A DNA stretch of 24,000 nt, taken from the NCBI RefSeq assembly GCF_003149675.1, contig NZ_LWMS01000045.1, positions 29,707 through 53,706 on the forward strand, written 5' to 3'. This DNA comes from Methanosphaera cuniculi (GTDB lineage: Archaea > Methanobacteriota > Methanobacteria > Methanobacteriales > Methanobacteriaceae). The notes under the pieces were generated by a model. The model searched no databases and was not told the DNA's origin. It was given only the letters and a program-made list of their open reading frames with translations. The position numbers and the translations under genes are program-made. Each line of letters begins with the position of its first letter. Within the stretch, counting starts at the first letter, position 1. This document shows, piece after piece, positions 17,841-24,000 of this stretch.

Positions 17841-18701
17841 ATGAAAGATATAATACTTGAAACAAAAAATCTAGGATACAAATACCCAGATGGAACAGAA
17901 GCACTCACAGATATAAATCTTAAAATCTATGAAGGCGATATGATTTCATTAATGGGACCTAATGGAGCAGGAAAAAGTACACTTTTCTTCCAATTTAATG
18001 GAATATTTGAACCAACAGAAGGAACAGTGGAAATTGAGGGTGAAACACTAAAATATGATAAAAAAAGTTTACTTAAAGCTAGATCAAAAGTAGGAATTGT
18101 ATTTCAAAATCCTGATGATCAATTATTTGCACCAACAGTACTTGAAGATGTATCATTTGGACCTATGAATATGGGACTATCAGAAGAGGAAGTTAAAAGA
18201 CGATCAATGGATGCACTAGAAAAAGTAGGAATGGATGAATATGTAAATAAACCACCACACCATCTTAGTGGAGGACAAAAAAAACGTGTTGCAATAGCAG
18301 GAATACTTGCAATGAAACCAAAAATAATGGTACTTGATGAACCAACAAGCGGACTAGATCCAAATGGTGCATCAAACATAATGCAACTATTATATGATCT
18401 TAATGAAGAAGGTATGACAATTATCATATCAACACACGATGTAGATCTTGTACCAATATATTCTGATGATGTAAAAGTACTATCAAAAGGAAAACTTATT
18501 AAAGAAGGAACATGTGAAGAAATATTCGCAGATCTTGATGTTATAGAACGTGCAAATCTACGTCTTCCATGGATAGCACAACTATTTGAACAACTCTCTC
18601 AACATGATCATATTGAATTTGAATACAAAGGATATCCATTAACAGTAAAAGATGCACATACTGCAATACTAAATTATATAGATGAGCATAAAACTAAATA
18701 A
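17841..18701 (+). CDS. cbiO: ECF transporter ATPase component CbiO
   Basis: ABC motifs are present: Walker A GPNGAGKST, signature LSGGQKKR, Walker B MVLDEPTSGLD, and H-loop STHD. Length is 286 aa. Confidence 0.9.
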   Translation: MKDIILETKNLGYKYPDGTEALTDINLKIYEGDMISLMGPNGAGKSTLFFQFNGIFEPTEGTVEIEGETLKYDKKSLLKARSKVGIVFQNPDDQLFAPTVLEDVSFGPMNMGLSEEEVKRRSMDALEKVGMDEYVNKPPHHLSGGQKKRVAIAGILAMKPKIMVLDEPTSGLDPNGASNIMQLLYDLNEEGMTIIISTHDVDLVPIYSDDVKVLSKGKLIKEGTCEEIFADLDVIERANLRLPWIAQLFEQLSQHDHIEFEYKGYPLTVKDAHTAILNYIDEHKTK

Positions 18702-18722
18702 AGTAGTGTAAATTATATTTTT

Positions 18723-18763
18723 AAGAAGAATTATAACTTTTTTCTTCTTTTATTTTTTTTTTT
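18723..18763 (+). terminator. Hairpin plus long oligo-T terminator after cbiO
   Basis: AAGAAGAA (18723-18730) pairs with TTCTTCTT (18742-18749). A T11 run follows at 18753-18763. Confidence 0.55.
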
Positions 18764-19227
18764 AATATGAAAACTAACATGAAAAAATTATAATTTGATA
18801 TAATCCTTTTTTTTAACCTAAAAAAATTACTTATTTTTTTTTAACTATCAAATAATAAGCAAACATTACATCTTTTTTTTTAAGTTAAGTTTATTATAAT
18901 TTTTAGTTAATCTAATTTTATTTTATAATGTATTAATCAATTAATTAAATTATAATGATAATTATTTATTTATATATGAATATAGTTAATATATTAACTA
19001 GAATTTAAAAAATTAATACAAGAAAAAAAAATACTAGATGATAAAAGAAAATAATTAAATCTAAAAAAAAATATTAATCTTCTAAAAAAAATATAACCAC
19101 CCTTAAAAAGCATATTTTTCATTTAGACTATTACCAAAAAAAAATATTTAATAAAAATAAAAGTAGTTGAATAAAAATAAAATACTTATCAGAAAAAAAA
19201 TAACTAGAAATGGAGGCTTAAAACAAG

Positions 19228-20607
19228 ATGATAAACACACCAATAGATGTAGATTATTTCCAGAAAATAATAAACAAACTTGAAACACAAGTAGACTATG
19301 CAGATATCAGAGTAGAAGATTTACAATCTAACACTATAATCATGAAAGATGGTAAAATTGACAATGTAGATAGTGGAATAAACTATGCTGTAGCAATACG
19401 AGTACTAAAAAATGGAGCATGGGGATCAGCATATACAACAGAACATGAAAAGGTTGAAGATATAGCAACAAAGGCAACAACACTAGCAGCACACTTAAAA
19501 AGTGATGTGAAACTAACACCACCAGATCCACAAGAAGACATAGTAACATCAGATGCAAAGATCAAAATAGATGATGTAACATTTGATGAAAAAATAGATG
19601 CAATGAAAGATGCAAATCAAGCAGCACAACTTGATGAAATACAAAGTACCAACATCGTCTACTCAGAATCACAATCAACAAGCCTCCTTTTAAGTACTGA
19701 GGGAACAAATATTCTATCTGAAAACAATAGAACACTCATGTCAATGAACACAGTAGCAAACAATGGAGAAGTAATGCAAATAGGACATAAAAGCTTAGGT
19801 GCTGTAGGTGGATTTGAAGTAGTAGCAGATGCAGATCTTGAAGTATTTGGACGTCAAATTGCAGAAAAAGCAATAAATCTACTTGATGCAAAAACACCAC
19901 CAAGTGGAAACTTCCCTGTAATACTTGATCCTGAACTTGCAGGAGTATTTATACATGAAGCATTAGGTCATGCATCAGAAGCAGATATAATACTACAAAA
20001 TGATTCAATACTAAAAGGAAGATTAGGTGAAAAAATAGGATCAGATCTAATAACAGTAGTGGATGATGCAAGTTGCAAACAAGGATTTGGATACTATGCA
20101 TATGATGTAGAAGGAACAAAAACAAGCAAAAATGTACTTGTAGAAAATGGAGTATTAAAATCAGTTCTCTCATCACGTGAAACAGCAGAAAAACTAGGAC
20201 GAAAATCCAGTGGAAATGCAAGATGTCCATTAGGAGATCAAACCATAGTACGTATGAGTAACACATATATACAACCTGGAGATTCATCATTTGATGAATT
20301 AATTGAAGGAATACATGATGGAATATATCTTAAAGGATCACGAGGAGGTCAAGTAGATACTGGACGTGGAGTATTCCAATTTAATGCAGTAGAAGCATAT
20401 ACAATAAATAATGGAGAATTAGGTGAACACATACGTGATGTATCACTATCTGGAAGCACACTTGATATATTAAATAATGTTGAAGGTGTAGGATCAGACT
20501 TTGCATTAAGTGTTGGATTCTGTGGAAAAGATGGACAAACAGCACCAGTAGGAGATGGAGGACCACATATTAAAGTATCAAAAGCAACAGTAGGAGGAGT
20601 ACAGTAA
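19228..20607 (+). CDS. tldD: TldD-family metalloprotease
   Basis: The HEALGH(ASEAD) HExxxH zinc motif and the conserved C-terminal FCGKDGQ...GGP region are present. Length is 459 aa. The SD GGAGG is upstream. Confidence 0.8.
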   Translation: MINTPIDVDYFQKIINKLETQVDYADIRVEDLQSNTIIMKDGKIDNVDSGINYAVAIRVLKNGAWGSAYTTEHEKVEDIATKATTLAAHLKSDVKLTPPDPQEDIVTSDAKIKIDDVTFDEKIDAMKDANQAAQLDEIQSTNIVYSESQSTSLLLSTEGTNILSENNRTLMSMNTVANNGEVMQIGHKSLGAVGGFEVVADADLEVFGRQIAEKAINLLDAKTPPSGNFPVILDPELAGVFIHEALGHASEADIILQNDSILKGRLGEKIGSDLITVVDDASCKQGFGYYAYDVEGTKTSKNVLVENGVLKSVLSSRETAEKLGRKSSGNARCPLGDQTIVRMSNTYIQPGDSSFDELIEGIHDGIYLKGSRGGQVDTGRGVFQFNAVEAYTINNGELGEHIRDVSLSGSTLDILNNVEGVGSDFALSVGFCGKDGQTAPVGDGGPHIKVSKATVGGVQ

Positions 20608-20732
20608 ACAAAACATTAAAAACTTCTCTAATAATTATATATAATTTACAAAACTAAAAAAAAGTGAAATCAAATAAGATTAATCTAAAAAACCAATTTA
20701 TAAAACTTAAAAAGTATAGGGAGCAGATTAAA

Positions 20733-21779
20733 ATGAAATTACCTCAAATACCAACACCTGATGAAATGATAGACAAAGCATTTAACCGTGCAAGTCGTGC
20801 AGCATCAAAAGTAAGAAGTTCTAAACTACATCCACGTGTAAAAGGAAAAAGAATTGAAGAAGTACGTGTAGATACAGCATGTGATGTAATAAATGCAACA
20901 TTTAACCGTATAATAACAGAAACACCAATACTTGAAGAATTACCAGAATTCTATCAAGACTACATAGATATTGTAGTAGGAATAGATCAATATAAACACT
21001 CACTAGGAGCAGTATTCTGGGCACTTGGAATACTAAAACAAATACAAGCACAATATACAAGTAAAATCAGAAAATCAGATTCACTAAGTGCAATACCAAT
21101 ACGAAAAGAAGCATATGGACGAATAGTATCAGTTGTAAAAAGAATAGAAGATGAACTAGACTTCCTAGACTTTGCAAAACGAGAACTTAAAAACATGCCA
21201 AACATCAACTTCAACGCAACACGGGCAGTTATTGCAGGATTCCCAAACGTAGGAAAATCAACACTACTTGGAAATATTGCAGATGCAAGTCCAAAAGTTG
21301 CAAACTATCCTTTCACAACACAAGGACTTCAAATAGGAAATTATGAAAAAGACTTCAGAAAATACCAAATAATTGACACTCCAGGTCTTCTTGATCGTTC
21401 AATTGATGATATGAATGAAATAGAACTTAATGCTATAGCAGCACTAGAACACTTAGGAAATGTAATTATCTACATATTTGATCCATCAGAAACATCAGGA
21501 TATGCAATGGAAAATCAATACCTACTTTATGAGGAAATTAAAAAAGTATTTGAAACACCAATGATCTGTTTATTTAACAAAACAGACCTACTTGATGATG
21601 ATACAATAATTGAAGAATACTCTAAAAAAATAGAAGATCCAATTTTTAAAACAAGTATAAATGACCTAAGTGAAGTAGAAAATGTTAAAAATCTAATTGA
21701 AGAAATAGCAAAAGAAAACGAAAACAAAGAATATGAAGAAAAATACAAATTAAGACACCCAAGAAAAGCACAAAACTAG
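20733..21779 (+). CDS. Archaeal NOG1-family GTPase
   Basis: G1 is [10 protein letters not shown]3 is DTPGLLDR, and G4 is NKTD. The N-terminal helical NOG1 domain begins [21 protein letters not shown] prefer the ATG at 20733 (SD GGGAG 11 nt upstream) over the track's GTG at 20664. Confidence 0.75.
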   Translation: MKLPQIPTPDEMIDKAFNRASRAASKVRSSKLHPRVKGKRIEEVRVDTACDVINATFNRIITETPILEELPEFYQDYIDIVVGIDQYKHSLGAVFWALGILKQIQAQYTSKIRKSDSLSAIPIRKEAYGRIVSVVKRIEDELDFLDFAKRELKNMPNINFNATRAVIAGFPNVGKSTLLGNIADASPKVANYPFTTQGLQIGNYEKDFRKYQIIDTPGLLDRSIDDMNEIELNAIAALEHLGNVIIYIFDPSETSGYAMENQYLLYEEIKKVFETPMICLFNKTDLLDDDTIIEEYSKKIEDPIFKTSINDLSEVENVKNLIEEIAKENENKEYEEKYKLRHPRKAQN

Positions 21780-21953
21780 GATAAAAAAATGAATATTCTT
21801 TCCTTAACCACCATATTTAATTTTTTTTTAACTTTTTTTTATAATTAAATTAAATAATTAATCATATTTTTTAATATATTCTCATAAAATTTGGAAATCT
21901 TTAAATAATAAAATGTTAAAATATTAATTATCAAATCAAATAGGGGAAAAATA

Positions 21954-22628
21954 ATGACAGATAAAAATATAGATAAAAAAGACGAAACAACAAACGATGA
22001 ACCAGTAACAGAAGAAACCAAAACAACAACTAATGTTGAACCAAAAATAGTAGAAACTAAAACAACAACAACTGATGATGAATCTTCATGTAAATGTGAT
22101 GAAAGTGCAGATACTTGTGGATGTGATGATGAAGATAAAGATGATAATAAAACAGAATCACACAAAGTAAAAGTAGAATATGAAGTATATGGAAATGAAA
22201 TGCGTGATGAAGCTAAAAAAACTGTAGATGGAATTATAGGTGACATCTTCTCAACACTTAAATCAAAACAAGATGAATTTAACAAAACAATGGGTGACAT
22301 CAGATCAAACAAACCACAATTTGATGTTTTCACAACATCAGAAGATTTAATTGTAAAAGTAGACCTACCACGTGTTAAAAAAGAAGATATAGAACTTAAA
22401 GTATCAACAGAAGCAATAGAAGTAGATGCAACTTTCCCAGATGATCTTAAAGAATATGAAAATATAAAAATCATCAGACGTGATAGATGCTATGGTGAAA
22501 CTAAACTTTTAATACCACTACCTGAAGAAGTTGCAATAAATGAAGTAAAAGCAACATTTGAAGATAATGTACTTACAGTAGCAATTCCTAAAATACGTGG
22601 AAGAAAAGTAAGTGTGGATATAGAATAA
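21954..22628 (+). CDS. Small heat-shock protein (Hsp20/alpha-crystallin domain) with a 120-aa acidic, Thr-rich, Cys-cluster N-terminal extension
   Basis: The C-terminal ~100 aa are PQFDVFTTSEDLIVKVDLPRVKKEDIELKV...ATFEDNVLTVAIPK, an ACD beta-sandwich pattern. The SD AGGGGA lies 8 nt upstream and a terminator follows downstream. Confidence 0.75.
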   Translation: MTDKNIDKKDETTNDEPVTEETKTTTNVEPKIVETKTTTTDDESSCKCDESADTCGCDDEDKDDNKTESHKVKVEYEVYGNEMRDEAKKTVDGIIGDIFSTLKSKQDEFNKTMGDIRSNKPQFDVFTTSEDLIVKVDLPRVKKEDIELKVSTEAIEVDATFPDDLKEYENIKIIRRDRCYGETKLLIPLPEEVAINEVKATFEDNVLTVAIPKIRGRKVSVDIE

Positions 22629-22637
22629 AAAGAAACT

Positions 22638-22682
22638 TAGGAATAAATACAAAATTCCTATATTTTTTTACCTTTTTTTTTA
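22638..22682 (+). terminator. Hairpin plus oligo-T terminator after the sHSP gene
   Basis: TAGGAAT (22638-22644) pairs with ATTCCTA (22654-22660). T7 (22663-22669) and T10 (22673-22682) runs follow. Confidence 0.55.
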
Positions 22683-23075
22683 ACATGAAAAATCTTTTTT
22701 TTTAAATTAATATTTTTTTTTATTAATATAATAATACTAATAATTTTTAGATTAACTAAAATTTAGATTATATATGTAGAAGTTCATGATGAAATACTAC
22801 TTTTTTTTAATTTAGTAAATGAATATGTATTTTAATTAATGTAATGGATAATTTATGTAATAGCATATACTAACTTTAGTTTTATTTTATCAACTAATTT
22901 TATTTTATTACCATTAGTATAAATTGTGTAATATTCTTTTTCATATTATAATATTTTAAAAAATAATAAATACTATAATAATAGATTATATAAACATATA
23001 GCTAAAAAAAATAAAAAAAGCGTTATAAAAAAATAGTTTAAAAAAAAATGAAATCAAATAAGGAGTATCATTAAA

Positions 23076-23678
23076 ATGACACAAGATTTAAATAATGAAA
23101 TGAAATCAGATTGTCCTGTATGTGGAGGAGAATCAACACTAATTGTAACAAACAAAACAGATAATATACCATACTTTGGAAATATACTTGAAACAGCAGT
23201 AAGATGTGAAAAATGCGGATATCAATCAGCAGACAATATATGTTTAGATCATCATGATCCTGTAAGATACACACTTGAAATAGGCAAAGATAAATTAAAT
23301 ACAAGAGTTGCAAAATCACAAACAGCAACTGTACAAATACCAGAACTAGGACTAAAAGTAGAACCAGGAGCAAAATCACAAGGATATGTATCAAATGTTG
23401 AAGGAATATTAAACCGATTTGAAGATGCAATACAAAGAGTACTACTTATGGATAATGAAGATCCACAATCTGTAAAAGAAAATGCATTAAATATCATGGA
23501 TATTATAGAATCAATCAAACTAGGTGAAATGACAACAAAACTAATAGTTGAAGATCCATTTGGAAACAGTATAATCGATGATGATGATGCTAAAAAAGAA
23601 AAATTAACACCTGAAGAAGTTGAAAAATTAGAAACAGGATTTACAATAATAAACCAAGATGAAGAACCAATACCATAA
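23076..23678 (+). CDS. ZPR1-type zinc-finger protein (archaeal single-module ZPR1 homologue)
   Basis: CPVCGG...IPYFGNI...CEKCGY is the ZPR1 C4 zinc ribbon with its conserved IPYF motif. Length is 200 aa. The SD AAGGAG is upstream. Confidence 0.75.
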   Translation: MTQDLNNEMKSDCPVCGGESTLIVTNKTDNIPYFGNILETAVRCEKCGYQSADNICLDHHDPVRYTLEIGKDKLNTRVAKSQTATVQIPELGLKVEPGAKSQGYVSNVEGILNRFEDAIQRVLLMDNEDPQSVKENALNIMDIIESIKLGEMTTKLIVEDPFGNSIIDDDDAKKEKLTPEEVEKLETGFTIINQDEEPIP

Positions 23679-23708
23679 AAAAAAATTATAAAAGGATAGT
23701 GATTAAAG

Positions 23709-24000
23709 ATGGATGTATCAGAAGCAATAGAAAAAAGATATAGTGTACGAGGATATAAAGACAAACCAGTAGAAGATGAAAAATTAGACTTAGTACTAAA
23801 AGCAGCACAACTAGCACCAACAGGAGTAAATAGTCAAGCATTCAAAGTATATGTTATAGATACAAAAAAACATAGAGAAGAACTACTTGCTGTATATCCA
23901 CAAGAATGGCTAGTTGAAGCACCATATGTACTAGCAGTAGTAAGCCGTGCAAATCATGCATGGACTAGACCATGGGATGCTAAAAATATTAATGAAATTG
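23709..24000 (+). CDS. Nitroreductase-family flavoprotein, 5' part only (runs off the window)
   Basis: MDVSEAIEKRYSVRGYKDKPV...LAPTGVNSQ matches the nitroreductase N-terminal FMN-binding motifs (RxSxRxF/Y and SxxNxQ). The frame is open to the window end. Confidence 0.7.
   Translation, partial: MDVSEAIEKRYSVRGYKDKPVEDEKLDLVLKAAQLAPTGVNSQAFKVYVIDTKKHREELLAVYPQEWLVEAPYVLAVVSRANHAWTRPWDAKNINEI

Noticed and set aside
22786-22860. ATGATGA (C-box-like) in the hsp20-zpr1 spacer, considered as a possible C/D-box sRNA.
   Set aside because: No CTGA D or D' boxes lie at the required 12-nt or ~50-60-nt spacing. There is no C' box and no terminal stem.
1-24000. A scan for mobile elements, CRISPR arrays, tRNA/rRNA genes, prophage or defence islands, and compositional anomalies.
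   Set aside because: There are no transposase, integrase or Cas-like ORFs, no regularly spaced repeats, and no G+C-rich islands of tRNA or ncRNA size in any spacer. Base composition and codon style are uniform across all genes. This argues for native core chromosome rather than acquired DNA.

Overview
This is a very AT-rich archaeal chromosomal segment (roughly 27-28% G+C by eye). The coding strands are strongly A-rich, so gene orientation shows up as A/T skew. Gene content points to a methanogen of the Methanobacteriales, Methanosphaera- or Methanobrevibacter-like. The markers are MCR-system component A2 (AtwA), CDP-archaeol synthase, archaeal RibL, deoxyhypusine synthase, archaeal Nog1 and ZPR1, and a cbiMNQO cobalt transporter. 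I call 24 protein-coding genes, the last one truncated by the window end. They lie in blocks: 203-6756 minus, 6983-9963 plus, 10167-11768 minus, 12177-14786 plus, 14783-15427 minus, 15774-24000 plus. Most have clear Shine-Dalgarno motifs (GGAGG/AGGTG) 6-13 nt upstream, and several 3' ends have hairpin plus oligo-T terminators. I see no tRNA, rRNA or other G+C-rich structured RNA, no CRISPR array, no transposase, integrase or IS ends, and no recognisable defence or toxin-antitoxin module. My honest reading is that this is a core housekeeping region, not an accessory island. The second-look items are therefore modest: (1) a translationally coupled ATP-grasp and hydantoinase-like ASKHA gene pair of probable cofactor (methanofuran/H4MPT) biosynthesis with no assigned reaction; (2) a WecB epimerase with an unexplained ~73-aa C-terminal extension; (3) a probable non-canonical ATT start for ribL; (4) an sHSP with a 120-aa acidic, Thr-rich N-terminal extension carrying a CxC-x6-CxC cluster; (5) an unusually spaced cbiMNQO operon with a 15-bp perfect inverted-repeat hairpin between cbiN and cbiQ; (6) atwA divergently paired with an HTH-CBS regulator; (7) a possibly degenerate Cys insertion in AtwA. 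Family assignments come from reading motifs in the supplied translations. No database search was run.
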